Source of the DNA: Kofleriaceae bacterium
GTDB lineage: Bacteria; Myxococcota_A; Polyangia; Haliangiales; Haliangiaceae
DNA: 64,000 bases
Direction: 5' to 3'
Assembly (NCBI GenBank): GCA_965215005.1
Contig: CBDCCZ010000037.1
Location: forward strand, 37,209 to 101,208
The position numbers and the translations under genes were made by a program. A model generated the notes under the pieces. The model had not been told where the DNA came from. It saw only the letters and a program-made list of their open reading frames with translations, and did no database searches. Below, one piece after another: positions 1-9,924 of this stretch (position 1 is its first letter; every line of letters begins with the position of its first letter).

Positions 1-199
1 TGCGCATCATCTTTGCCAAACCAGCCAAACAAGCATCCGCTCGCCTGGAGCGACACCAGGATAACGAGACACAACGGAACAATGCGATGCACCAACCCAG
101 TCACGGCGCGGCATTCTACCGCTCACGCGCGGCACCGCAACGCGCCTCTGCGAGTGCCATGCGGCTCTTCGCCGGCGAGGCCGTGGTAGCGTGCCCGCG

Positions 200-1354
200 A
201 TGGCTCCTCGAGTATCCCAGCGTCTTGCAGCCCTGGTTCAGTCCGACATTCGGCGGATGACACGAGAGGCGGAGCGAGTGGGCGCGATCAACCTCGGGCA
301 GGGGCTCTGCGACTTGCCAACGCCGCCGCCCATTGCCGACGCGGCGCGGGCCGCCATTGCTGCGCAGAAGAGCACGTACACCTTCGCCGAGGGACTGCTC
401 GAGTTGCGCGAGGCCATCGCCGCTAAGCTCGCGCGTGACAATGGCATCGATGCGGATGCCATGATCGATATCGTTGTGACGGCGGGCACCAGCGGCGCCT
501 TCACGTGCGCCATTCATGCGCTGCTCAACCCCGGCGACGGCATTCTGCTCATGGAGCCGTATTACGGCTATCATTTGAATACTTCCGTGGTAGCCGGGCT
601 CGAGCCTCACTTCGTAACTCTCGAGCCTCCTGCGTTCGAGCTAACCGAAGAGGCTCTCAGCGCCGCGGTGCGTCCCAATACCAAGGCGATAGTGGTTTGC
701 ACTCCTGCCAATCCAAGCGGCAAGATGGTTTCGCGCGATGAGCTCGAGATGCTGGCTCGTGTAGCTCGCAAACACGACTTGCTCGTCATAACTGACGAGA
801 TTTACGAATACATTCGCTACGAAGGGCGTGCCCATCTCTCGCCAGCGACCGTGGCCGATCTAGCCGACCGCACGGTGACGCTGATGGGGCTATCGAAGAC
901 GTTTAGCATCACCGGTTGGCGGTTAGGCTACGCCGTTGCGCCCGCGGCCATGGCTGCTGCCATTCGCCTCGTCAATGACCTCTTCTATATCTGTGCTCCA
1001 GCGCCGCTCCAGCATGGAGTCGTTGCGGGCTTTGCGTTGCCAACTGAGTACTTCGCAACGCTTGCAAGTGACTATCAGCGCAAGCGCGATATCCTCTGTG
1101 AAGCGCTCGCAGAGGCTGGAATGGCACCTATCGTCCCGCAAGGTGCCTATTATGTTCTTGCCGACTGCTCGCGTCTTGCTCCCAGTGCAGAACAGGCTGC
1201 CATGGAATTGCTGCAACGCGCCGGCGTGGCAGCCATTCCTGGTACTGCCTTCTATCGTGGTGACCTCGGCAACTCTTTGTTGCGCTTCTGCTTTGCCAAA
1301 GACCACGCGGTGCTCGAGCAAGCCTGTCGGCAGATTCGAGCGCTGCGGTCGTAG
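200..1354 (+). CDS. PLP-dependent aminotransferase class I/II (aspartate/methionine aminotransferase-like)
   Basis: INLGQG, TPANPSG, TDEIY and SKTFSITGWRLG motifs; ATG at 200 preferred over GTG at 191. Confidence 0.92.
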   Translation: MAPRVSQRLAALVQSDIRRMTREAERVGAINLGQGLCDLPTPPPIADAARAAIAAQKSTYTFAEGLLELREAIAAKLARDNGIDADAMIDIVVTAGTSGAFTCAIHALLNPGDGILLMEPYYGYHLNTSVVAGLEPHFVTLEPPAFELTEEALSAAVRPNTKAIVVCTPANPSGKMVSRDELEMLARVARKHDLLVITDEIYEYIRYEGRAHLSPATVADLADRTVTLMGLSKTFSITGWRLGYAVAPAAMAAAIRLVNDLFYICAPAPLQHGVVAGFALPTEYFATLASDYQRKRDILCEALAEAGMAPIVPQGAYYVLADCSRLAPSAEQAAMELLQRAGVAAIPGTAFYRGDLGNSLLRFCFAKDHAVLEQACRQIRALRS

Positions 1355-1474
1355 CCGGCGGCGCTCCAGATAGCCCCCGCGCGGGATCTGCGCTTTATAT
1401 ACCTTCGTTTCGTGTTATTGGACGACTCGCGCTCAACGGCGGAGCCGTCCGCTGCACTATGAGAAGGAGTACCC

Positions 1475-2638
1475 GTGAGATTCGTGATAGGTATCGGCGC
1501 CGCTCTCGCGGCCGCATGCAACCTTGGATGTGGCTCCGTTGCTCGCGAGGGTGACTGTAGCGACGATCGTTGCCAGGATGCAGGAGCCGGTGAGGCCGCG
1601 GATGCGATGGAGGCCGATGCCGCTACTGCGCCGCCCACTCCAGAGCCGCAGTCTTGCGGTGGCGTCGCCTTTGAAGGCACGAATGATGGCCAGACTGACA
1701 TCTGGTCGATGGGCCTCGATGGCAGCGAGCTGGTCAATCTGACGCGTCATCCGGCGCAGGATCGCTTGCCGCAGTGGTCGCCGGATGGTGACTGGATTGC
1801 GTTTTTGAGCGACCGTTCTGGAGTTCGCGAGATTTGGGTTATGAACGCAACGGGCGGCAACCCGCGGCAGGTGACGTCGTGGCCGGCTACGCCGGGAGCT
1901 GAGACGGGCATCGACTCGATATCGTGGTCGCCTGATGGCAGCCAGCTCGCGTACGCTCGGACCGACGACACCGGCTTTAGTGACATCTTCGTGATTGGTA
2001 TCGATGGACAGGGGCAGAAGCAGTATACCGATAGCGCTGACGAGCTCGATCTCAAGCCCCAGTGGTCGCCGGATGGCGCATGGCTAGCATGGGTTACGGG
2101 TCGCGGCGCGCTCTGGCGTATGCGCCCCGACGGTACCGCTCAGGAGCGGCTGACTCCAGAGGGAGATCGAGACGGCGATGCGGTGTGGTCGCCGGACGGT
2201 CGTCGCATCGTCATAGCGGCCTATAGCGCAATGTTCGAGGTGAACAATCGCGAGATCGTCATACTGAATGCCGACGGCTCGCAACGGGTACGAGTGAGTA
2301 ACAACCCTGGTGATGATCGATTGCCGGTGTGGTCGCCGGATGGTACTCGCGTCGCGTGGAATTCGGAGCGTGGCCCTATGGGGCAAAAGGTCCGCGATCT
2401 GTTTGTGGCCAACGCCGACGGCTCTGAGGAGCTGCGAGTGACCAATAGCGTCGATCCCGAGTACGGCGTGTTGTGGCCTACCGCCGAGACGCTGCTGTTT
2501 GTGAGAGAGGAGCGCTACGCCAGCGGTGCTACGCAAGATCTCTATTCACAGCGGCCCGACAGCACGGAGCCGCGAAATCTCACTGCGCGGGCTGACATCT
2601 CCGATGGCCACCCAGACGTGTCGGTCTGCGGTCAGTAA
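1475..2638 (+). CDS. TolB-like PD40/WD40 beta-propeller lipoprotein
   Basis: Five WSPDG repeats; lipobox-like LAAAC; AAGGAG RBS upstream of GTG. Confidence 0.85.
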   Translation: MRFVIGIGAALAAACNLGCGSVAREGDCSDDRCQDAGAGEAADAMEADAATAPPTPEPQSCGGVAFEGTNDGQTDIWSMGLDGSELVNLTRHPAQDRLPQWSPDGDWIAFLSDRSGVREIWVMNATGGNPRQVTSWPATPGAETGIDSISWSPDGSQLAYARTDDTGFSDIFVIGIDGQGQKQYTDSADELDLKPQWSPDGAWLAWVTGRGALWRMRPDGTAQERLTPEGDRDGDAVWSPDGRRIVIAAYSAMFEVNNREIVILNADGSQRVRVSNNPGDDRLPVWSPDGTRVAWNSERGPMGQKVRDLFVANADGSEELRVTNSVDPEYGVLWPTAETLLFVREERYASGATQDLYSQRPDSTEPRNLTARADISDGHPDVSVCGQ

Positions 2639-2755
2639 CCGAGTAAACCGAGGTGGGCGGCACACCACTTCACACCCTACTTCACAAACGAGCCTGGGTG
2701 CATTAGGTTCTCATGTGGGACGACGTACGCCCGCAAGCCCAGGGAGACCAGACCA

Positions 2756-3556
2756 TTGAACGCCGTCGACACGCCCTTGACGGGGCCACCACCCGATGAA
2801 GTACCGCTGAGCAGCCCACCGCTGGTGCGGGTCATCGCCCAGGTGCGCTTCCCGCTCATCGCGTCGCTGGCCAAGCGCGAGTTCATCGCTCCGTTTCAGG
2901 AGGCGATTCGCAAGGACTACCCGGTGCTGCGACCCGAGCAGACCCGCGGGGTCGTCTTTGGCCCGCAGGGGGTCACGGAGGCGGGCTCGAACACTGTCTG
3001 GCGCTTTCACGATGCGAGCGCGGCATGGCGCGTCACGCTGGCGCCCGACTTCCTCGCGCTGGAAACCACCAAATACACGAGCCGCGACGACTTCCTCGAA
3101 CGCCTCGAGCGGGTCTTGCAAGCGCTCGAGGACCACGTCGATCCGCGCGTCGTGGACCGCCTCGGCGTCCGCTATATCGATCGCATATTCGGCGAGAACC
3201 TCAGCGTCCTTCGCGAGCTCGTTCGCCCTGAGGTTTTGGGCGTCCTAGGAACCCCAATTTTCAAGCATGCTCGGCACGCCATCTGCGAAAACTCGCTCGT
3301 CCTGCCCGACGATACCGGCCAGGTCACCGCCCGCTGGGGATTGGTCCCGGCATTCGGCACGGTGGACCCCGGGGCGGTCGAAGCCATCGACGAACCGAGC
3401 TGGCTCCTCGATATTGATGTATTCCAGGCCGATACGCACGCGCTCAAGGTGGGCTCAATCATCGCCCAGGCGCGGGGCTTCGCCGAACGCATCTACAGCA
3501 TCTTTCGCTGGGCAGTGACGGACGAGCTTTTGCGCCGGTATGGAGGACGACCATGA
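2756..3556 (+). CDS. TIGR04255-family protein (function unknown)
   Basis: N-terminal PPLVRVIAQVRF, central RLGVRYIDRI and C-terminal LLDIDVF...IFRWAVT match my recollection of the family; TTG start with GGAG upstream. Confidence 0.8.
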   Translation: MNAVDTPLTGPPPDEVPLSSPPLVRVIAQVRFPLIASLAKREFIAPFQEAIRKDYPVLRPEQTRGVVFGPQGVTEAGSNTVWRFHDASAAWRVTLAPDFLALETTKYTSRDDFLERLERVLQALEDHVDPRVVDRLGVRYIDRIFGENLSVLRELVRPEVLGVLGTPIFKHARHAICENSLVLPDDTGQVTARWGLVPAFGTVDPGAVEAIDEPSWLLDIDVFQADTHALKVGSIIAQARGFAERIYSIFRWAVTDELLRRYGGRP

Positions 3557-4266
3557 GCCTGCAGCACCTGCCATCCGAGCCGCCGGTGAGCGACCGCACG
3601 AGTTCTGTCTCCGGCGTCGCAAACCCGCGTGCTCGCACGCCGCTCTCCGTCATCGTGATTAGCGGCGCGCTGTCGCTCTCCGGCACGTCGTCCGCAGAGG
3701 CGACGAGAATTTGGGAGGCTCCGTACGTTCACGAGGCGGATGCCACCACGAGCGGACCGGCTTGGGATCGGGTCGACTGTCAGGTGGCGCGAGAGCCCGA
3801 GGCGACCCGGAAAGCCATCTCCGAGCTGCGCCGCATCTCCGGCCTCACCTGGGAGCAGCTCGGCCAGCTCTTCGAGGTGTCTCGCCGCAGCCTCCACTTC
3901 TGGGCCAGCGGCAAGCCGCTGAGCTGCGCCAATGAAGAACGACTGATGCGTGTTCTTGATATCGTCCGCGAAGCCGATCGCGGTAGCGCTCGGAGCACGC
4001 GAGCCATCCTTTTGGCTGCCAGCGACGGGTTGACGCCGTTTAGCCTGTTGATCGCGCAGCGATTCGAGGAAGCTCGCAACCGTCTTGGGCGCGGCCGATC
4101 GCGACCAGCTCCAGCACTCGCCGACCTCAGCGAGAAGGCCACGGCGGCGCGCAAACCACTTTCGCCTGAGGAGCTCTTCGATGCAAAGAGCGAACGCGTT
4201 CACCACGAGCCCGGTCGTGCGCGGGCCGCTCGCACCGTGAGGAACAAGCGGCGTGGAGACTCTTGA
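3553..4266 (+). CDS. XRE-like HTH DNA-binding protein (possible antitoxin/regulator)
   Basis: ISELRRISGLTWEQLGQLFEVSRRSLHFWASG HTH; ATGA overlap with the upstream stop. Confidence 0.75.
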   Translation: MSLQHLPSEPPVSDRTSSVSGVANPRARTPLSVIVISGALSLSGTSSAEATRIWEAPYVHEADATTSGPAWDRVDCQVAREPEATRKAISELRRISGLTWEQLGQLFEVSRRSLHFWASGKPLSCANEERLMRVLDIVREADRGSARSTRAILLAASDGLTPFSLLIAQRFEEARNRLGRGRSRPAPALADLSEKATAARKPLSPEELFDAKSERVHHEPGRARAARTVRNKRRGDS

Positions 4267-5101
4267 CGATGCAGGCCGCAAGCAGGTCGACGAGAAACTC
4301 CAGACGTGGCGTCAAGACGACTGCGTCGTCGGTGAGCAGTGGTTTCTGTTTCGCACCGACTCCGAACGTCCGCTAACCGCTGACGGCGCGGTGGCGGCCA
4401 CCGATGGAAGCGACAACGCCGAGGCGGAAGTGAGCGGCTTCGCGCTCATTACCCAGACCTGCGATCTCGCCCGACGCTGCGGTGAACGGCCATTTGCGGA
4501 GCTCAGCCCTCTGGTCGAAGTAGAGGATGCGGTCCTGCGCGAGGTTGAGCGGGGTCGACGGCCGAACTACGCCTTCATTCCGGGCGTAGCCGAACAGCAC
4601 CTCGTGGCCGACCTCGATCGCGTGATGACGGTCGAGAAGTCGGTCGTGGCCCGATGGCAGCGGGTCGAGGGGTGCCGGACGGACGCTGAGATCCGTCGCC
4701 TAGCACTGGCACTGACGCGCAAGCGGGCTCGGGCTGCGTTCCCCGACGACCTCGTCGCGTTCGCCTCCCCGCTCGTGCGGCGGATGTCGTCGAAGCACGA
4801 CAAGCACAGCGACGAAGGGCGAGCCCTGCGGTCGCTCCGTGAGATCCGAGTTCGGGCGGCGCCGTCTTGGGACGCCGACGCGGTAGAGCTGATGTTCTGG
4901 TTCATTCGGGACGACGACGCTTCAACCTTCGAGGAGCAAAGCTGGGATTATTACCTCGACGCGTGGCTCGAGCGCGTACCGACGTCCGGCCGCTTCGTCG
5001 CCGTCACTGGCGCCGTGCAAACGCTCGAGGACCTGACCGCCCGCGACTACGTCGATAGCGATCAGCTCGACCTGGACCACCTATCGACGCGAGGAGAATA
5101 G
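4253..5101 (+). CDS. Hypothetical protein with ITQTCDL motif (possible toxin/effector)
   Basis: 282-aa ORF overlapping the upstream gene by 14 nt; coding-like composition. Confidence 0.7.
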   Translation: METLDDAGRKQVDEKLQTWRQDDCVVGEQWFLFRTDSERPLTADGAVAATDGSDNAEAEVSGFALITQTCDLARRCGERPFAELSPLVEVEDAVLREVERGRRPNYAFIPGVAEQHLVADLDRVMTVEKSVVARWQRVEGCRTDAEIRRLALALTRKRARAAFPDDLVAFASPLVRRMSSKHDKHSDEGRALRSLREIRVRAAPSWDADAVELMFWFIRDDDASTFEEQSWDYYLDAWLERVPTSGRFVAVTGAVQTLEDLTARDYVDSDQLDLDHLSTRGE

Positions 5102-5524
5102 GTATCTCGAGCGGCTTTTCGGGCGCCTTCGAGGTGCTCCCATAGAAGTACTCAGCCTCGCCTCATGACGTGAGCTCCGCCGCGACCATGGGCGTATCGA
5201 GCTCGCCTGACGCGAGATTTCGGTCCCGGTTGGGCCTGCGTCAACATGGCCTCGCGTAGGCCAGGTGCGCCGAAGAGACGCGCAGGGCCCGAGTCTTACC
5301 CACTTCGAGGTCGAGCTATGCCGCCCCTCGCCAGAAGATAGGGAGAGCGGGACTCGTCACGGCGTCTTGCCGCTGATGGCCGCCATCGTCGGGTAGATTT
5401 CACCGCTCGCGGAGCTCAGCGAGAAGGGCGTGGCGGCGGCGTTGCTGATCTCGAGGTGTCGGGATCAACGATAGCTCTGCTTGATGACCCCGTGTGTGTG
5501 GTCGGTGCTGATCGCGCCGAGCCG

Positions 5525-6700
5525 TTACTCCACCACGACAGGAGCGCAGGTAGAGACGCCGGCGCCGACGATGTAGGGGACGGCGTCGTTGCCGAAGGTG
5601 TCTTCGGCGACGGTCTCGAATTGGTCGGTGGCGGGGTCGACGCGGATGACACGCGAGGTGTCGCCTAAGAATTCGGGTGTAGTTATGAAGACGTAGAACC
5701 GGCCGCCCCATTGCGCAAAGGCCCAGCCGCGGGGGCTGGGGAACGAGCCCGCGTTCCATTGTTGGCCCGCGGGTTGGCCGGTGGTTTTGTCGAGCTCGGT
5801 GATGTAGCTGCTCGAGCCTGGAAAGTAGCCATAGAGCTTGGCGTCGCCGGTGCCGGTCAGCTCTGGCGGATTCTCGGCACTGCTCAGGTCCTGCAGGTGA
5901 TTGACCGCTAGGGTCGTGGTGTCGATGAAGCCAATCTTGGTGTTGCTGAGCTGGCCGCCAGAGGCAAACTTGCTGCCGGAGACGTAGAGGCGCTCTTCGG
6001 TGGAGCCGGGCGAGTCGCTCACGAATCCCATGCCGAAGACGTCGTAGTCCTGTTGCTGCGGAACGAAAGCGGTCTTGGTGCAGGTGGCGGAGTCGGTGGA
6101 GACGTGGAAGATCTCGCCGCTGGAATAGAGCACCCAGGCGGTCGCGTCGCGATCCACGGACATGGAGAAGGGCGTGGCAGTGCCGCGGTTGGGGTCGAGG
6201 CTTGGGGCTGGGTCGCAGTCGAGGTTTCCGATGCGCTCGAAGCGGTTGGCGTCGTTTGCGGGCTCGAAGCGGTACAGCGTGTTGGCGTTGTCGACGACGT
6301 AGATGAACTGCGAGGCATCGTCGCCGCAGGTATTGCCGGTGCTCGTGCCATCGGTGCAGACGCCGTTCTGGCAGGCATCTGGGCACGATTCGATCACGTC
6401 GCCAGGAGCTCCGTCGGCGTCGCACGCCACGACTTGGGTGCCCACGCAGATGGAGGTGCCGGGCGTGCAGGAGCCATTGCCACCGGTGCAGCCAGTGCTC
6501 GGATCACAACTCTGGCCACCGTCGCAGGTGTCGGTGAGCACCAGCTCTTCGCCGTCGCAGGTGAAAAACTCGTCCCCTTCGCAGCGGGTTTCGCTGCCCG
6601 AGCAGGCGACGGGTTCCTGGTTGCCGCCGCCGGAGTCGGATGCGGGGCCGCAGGCGGTGAGGGCGATGGCGCCCAAGGCGCAGAAGATCCGGTGCATCAT
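5525..6700 (-). CDS. Cys-rich myxobacterial lipoprotein with C-terminal beta-propeller-like domain
   Basis: Lipobox LTAC; Cys-rich N-terminal repeats; C-terminal IVGAGVSTCAP. Confidence 0.75.
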   Translation of the reverse strand: MMHRIFCALGAIALTACGPASDSGGGNQEPVACSGSETRCEGDEFFTCDGEELVLTDTCDGGQSCDPSTGCTGGNGSCTPGTSICVGTQVVACDADGAPGDVIESCPDACQNGVCTDGTSTGNTCGDDASQFIYVVDNANTLYRFEPANDANRFERIGNLDCDPAPSLDPNRGTATPFSMSVDRDATAWVLYSSGEIFHVSTDSATCTKTAFVPQQQDYDVFGMGFVSDSPGSTEERLYVSGSKFASGGQLSNTKIGFIDTTTLAVNHLQDLSSAENPPELTGTGDAKLYGYFPGSSSYITELDKTTGQPAGQQWNAGSFPSPRGWAFAQWGGRFYVFITTPEFLGDTSRVIRVDPATDQFETVAEDTFGNDAVPYIVGAGVSTCAPVVVE

Positions 6701-6855
6701 GGTCGCGAGCCTCCCTGAAGCAGCGAAGCTACTCCGCGAAAGTGGAAACTCGCAATGGCTGCTGATTGCAGCCGCTCACATCGCCGCTTCAGGTGAGGTG
6801 GCAGCGTCTCTGGGTGAAGGGGGCGCTCCTAGTCCTAGTGGTTTGCGGCGTAAGG

Positions 6856-7389
6856 CTAGTCCTGCAGGCGGCCGTCGCTGCTCGGCCAGCAGCTATCGAG
6901 GTTGGGAAACGACAGGATCTGGCGGTCGCCTGGCGATGCGGTTTGATAGGTGAGCTCGAGGGTGCTGGTAGACGAGAGCGTCGAGCCGCCAAACGGCAGC
7001 GCGGTTTTCTCCACGAGCGCGGTGTTGAAGAACGCGGGGGTATCGAGGCAGGCGACGAAGCGGGGATCGGCGGCGGCCGCGGCGCAGGAGGGGAAGCGGC
7101 CAAGCTCGGTGCGCTCGACGGTGAAGTAGTCTTCGTAGGGGTTGTAGACGTTGGCGACGTGCTCGAGCACGAAGCCACCATCGGCCTCGGTGAGCCAGAG
7201 CTGTCGGCGGCTGCGCGGGTCCTGGGCGTCGCGCGGGTCTTCGCAGGTGAGCGCCACGTCGCTGAGGGTCGCACCGGCGAGATCGGCTTTGCCAGCGGAC
7301 GCTTCTATAGAAGGGAGGTCGTCGCCGGCAACGCAGCCCGTGGCGACGACGGCAGTCGCAATGAGAAGGTTTCTTGAAAGGGTGTGCAT
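6856..7389 (-). CDS. Hypothetical lipoprotein
   Basis: Start MHTLSRNLLIATAVVATGC (lipobox); GKAD motif after the signal peptide. Confidence 0.6.
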   Translation of the reverse strand: MHTLSRNLLIATAVVATGCVAGDDLPSIEASAGKADLAGATLSDVALTCEDPRDAQDPRSRRQLWLTEADGGFVLEHVANVYNPYEDYFTVERTELGRFPSCAAAAADPRFVACLDTPAFFNTALVEKTALPFGGSTLSSTSTLELTYQTASPGDRQILSFPNLDSCWPSSDGRLQD

Positions 7390-7611
7390 GACGTGGCCGG
7401 CAGCATTCAAGCATGGTGCCAGGGCAGCTGCGAACTCACGTGGAGGGAGAGGTCGCGAGCAGCGCGGACAAGACCGGAGGTCGCCCGATGGCATCACGCC
7501 TCGATTGCTGGCTAGCGCTTTGGCCACTGGGCGGAAGTGACGCATTCGCTTTCGTGCGCGCATTTAGCGATGCACCGATTGCAGACGGCCAGTGCTAGCG
7601 TGTCGCCCGCT

Positions 7612-9411
7612 ATGACCAACGCCGCTCATTCGCCGCTGCGACGGCTGCTCGGCTACGCGCGCGGGCATCGCCGGGCGATGGCAGTCGCGACGCTGCACTC
7701 AGTCCTCAACAAGCTCTTCGACTTGGCGCCGCCGCTGCTCATTGGCGCAGCGGTCGACATCGTCGTATCGCGGCAAGACTCGTTCTTCGCGGAGCTCGGC
7801 GTCGTTGACGTGCATGCGCAGCTGTGGCTGCTCGCTGCGGTGACGCTGCTGATTTGGGCCGGGGAGTCGGTCTTCGAGTATGCCTACGCGCTGTCGTGGC
7901 GGCGGCTGGCGCAGACGATTCAACACGAGCTGCGAATGGATGCCTACGGCCACGTGCAGCGGCTCGAGATGGCGTATTTTGAGGATCGCAGCACCGGCGG
8001 ATTGATGTCGATCTTGAATGATGACATCAACCAGCTCGAGCGATTTCTAGACAATGGCGCCAACGAGCTGATCCAGCTGATCACTACAATTGTGGTGGTT
8101 GGAGCGATCTTCGTGGTGCTGGTGCCAACGGTTGGTTGGATGACGATTCTGCCGATGCCGATCGTGGTGTGGGGCTCGATTTGGTTTCAGAAGCATCTCG
8201 AGCCGCGCTACGCCGAGGTGCGCGAGCGGGTGGGGCTCCTCAGCGGCAGGCTCGCCAACAACTTGAGCGGCATCGCCACCATTAAGAGCTTCGTCGCCGA
8301 AGAACACGAACTCGAGCAAGTCGGCCGCGATAGTCGCGATTACGCCGATGCCAATCGCAAGACCATCCCGCTGAGCTCGGCGTTCGTGCCGCTGATTCGC
8401 ATGATCATCGTGCTCGGCTTTGCGGCCATCTTGGTGTACGGCGGCCAGCTCGCGCTCGCCGGCGAGCTCAACGTCGGACTCTACAGCGTGCTGGTGTTCA
8501 TGACGCAGCGGTTGCTATGGCCACTAACGCGCCTGGGAACGATGCTCGACCAGTATCAGCGCGCGATGGCTTCGACCAAGCGCGTGCTCGATCTGCTCGA
8601 CACGGTGCCGCGTATCAGCCAAGGCGATACGGCGTTGCAAGCGGCCAAGGTGCGTGGCGAGGTCAGCTTCGAAGACGTCACGTTCGGCTACGGCACAAAT
8701 GAGGCGCCGGCGGTTCTGCGCGAATTATCGGTGCGCATCGAGGCCGGGCAGACGGTGGCGTTCGTGGGCGCGACAGGGGCGGGCAAGAGCACGCTCATCA
8801 AGCTGCTATTGCGGTTCTACGACGTCCAGCGCGGCCGGGTTCTGCTCGATGGCATCGACATCCGGCAGCTGCGGCTGCGCGATTTGCGCAGTGCCATCGG
8901 CTTGGTGAGCCAGGACGTCTTCTTGTTCCACGGCACCGTGCGCGAAAACATCGCCTACGGCACGTTCGCGGCCTCTATGGAGGATATCGTCGCCGCGGCA
9001 ACAATCGCCGAGGCGCATGAGTTCATCGAGTCGCTGCCTAACGGCTACGACACCATCGTCGGCGAGCGTGGGCAAAAGCTCTCCGGTGGTCAACGCCAGC
9101 GGCTCTCGATTGCGCGCGCGGTGCTCAAGGACCCGCCCGTGCTGATCCTCGATGAGGCCACGTCGTCGGTCGATAACGAGACCGAAGCGGCGATTCAGCG
9201 CTCGCTCGAGCGCATCGCGGTGGGACGCACGACCATCGTCATCGCTCATCGGCTATCGACGGTGCGCAACGCCGACCGCACCTTCGTCCTCGAACGCGGG
9301 CAGGTCATCGAAGCGGGGCGCCACGAGGAGCTCGTGCAGGCCCAAGGCGTCTATGCGCTGCTTTGGCGGGTGCAAACCGGCGAGCGCGGGGGCACGGAGG
9401 CGCGTTCCTGA
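7612..9411 (+). CDS. ABC transporter, fused permease/ATP-binding (MdlB/MsbA-like exporter)
   Basis: N-terminal TM region; GATGAGKS Walker A, LSGGQRQR signature, ILDEATS Walker B. Confidence 0.93.
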   Translation: MTNAAHSPLRRLLGYARGHRRAMAVATLHSVLNKLFDLAPPLLIGAAVDIVVSRQDSFFAELGVVDVHAQLWLLAAVTLLIWAGESVFEYAYALSWRRLAQTIQHELRMDAYGHVQRLEMAYFEDRSTGGLMSILNDDINQLERFLDNGANELIQLITTIVVVGAIFVVLVPTVGWMTILPMPIVVWGSIWFQKHLEPRYAEVRERVGLLSGRLANNLSGIATIKSFVAEEHELEQVGRDSRDYADANRKTIPLSSAFVPLIRMIIVLGFAAILVYGGQLALAGELNVGLYSVLVFMTQRLLWPLTRLGTMLDQYQRAMASTKRVLDLLDTVPRISQGDTALQAAKVRGEVSFEDVTFGYGTNEAPAVLRELSVRIEAGQTVAFVGATGAGKSTLIKLLLRFYDVQRGRVLLDGIDIRQLRLRDLRSAIGLVSQDVFLFHGTVRENIAYGTFAASMEDIVAAATIAEAHEFIESLPNGYDTIVGERGQKLSGGQRQRLSIARAVLKDPPVLILDEATSSVDNETEAAIQRSLERIAVGRTTIVIAHRLSTVRNADRTFVLERGQVIEAGRHEELVQAQGVYALLWRVQTGERGGTEARS

Positions 9412-9418
9412 GCGATCG

Positions 9419-9838
9419 CTACCAGTCGCCGGTGTTGTTCATCGATACCCACGGCTCGGCGGGCGGCAGCGCTTCGCCACGCTGCAATAGCTCCACCGAG
9501 ATCCCATCGGGCGACCGCACGAACGCCATGCGGCCATCGCGCGGCGGGCGGTTGATGACGACGCCCGCGTCCATCAGCCGCTGGCAGGTCGCGTAGAGGT
9601 CATCGACCGCGTATGCCAGGTGGCCAAAATTTCGGCCGCTCGAGTACGCCTCGCTCTGGTCCCAGTTGTAGGTCAGCTCGAGCTGTGGAGCGGTTTCGTC
9701 AGTCGCTAAGAACACCAGCGTGAAACGCCCGGTGTCGCTATCGCGGCGGCGGATTTCCTGGAGCCCGAGCTTGGTGCAGAAGAAATCGAGAGCTGCCTCG
9801 AGGTCGCGCACGCGAATCATCGTGTGGAGATACTCCAT
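9419..9838 (-). CDS. gloA: Lactoylglutathione lyase (glyoxalase I, VOC family)
   Basis: [19 protein letters not shown] and [10 protein letters not shown] motifs. Confidence 0.88.
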   Translation of the reverse strand: MEYLHTMIRVRDLEAALDFFCTKLGLQEIRRRDSDTGRFTLVFLATDETAPQLELTYNWDQSEAYSSGRNFGHLAYAVDDLYATCQRLMDAGVVINRPPRDGRMAFVRSPDGISVELLQRGEALPPAEPWVSMNNTGDW

Positions 9839-9924
9839 GCGCGAACGATAGCAGGCGAGGGGGAGAGGAAAGGGCGCCGGCAGGCGAGGGGGCACTGCCG
9901 GCGCCAGGGTGTGGCTGGATGAGG

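Noticed and set aside
5102..5524. Possible IS or att-site remnant after the three-gene cassette
   Set aside because: No terminal inverted repeats, target duplication, tRNA or transposase fragment recognised
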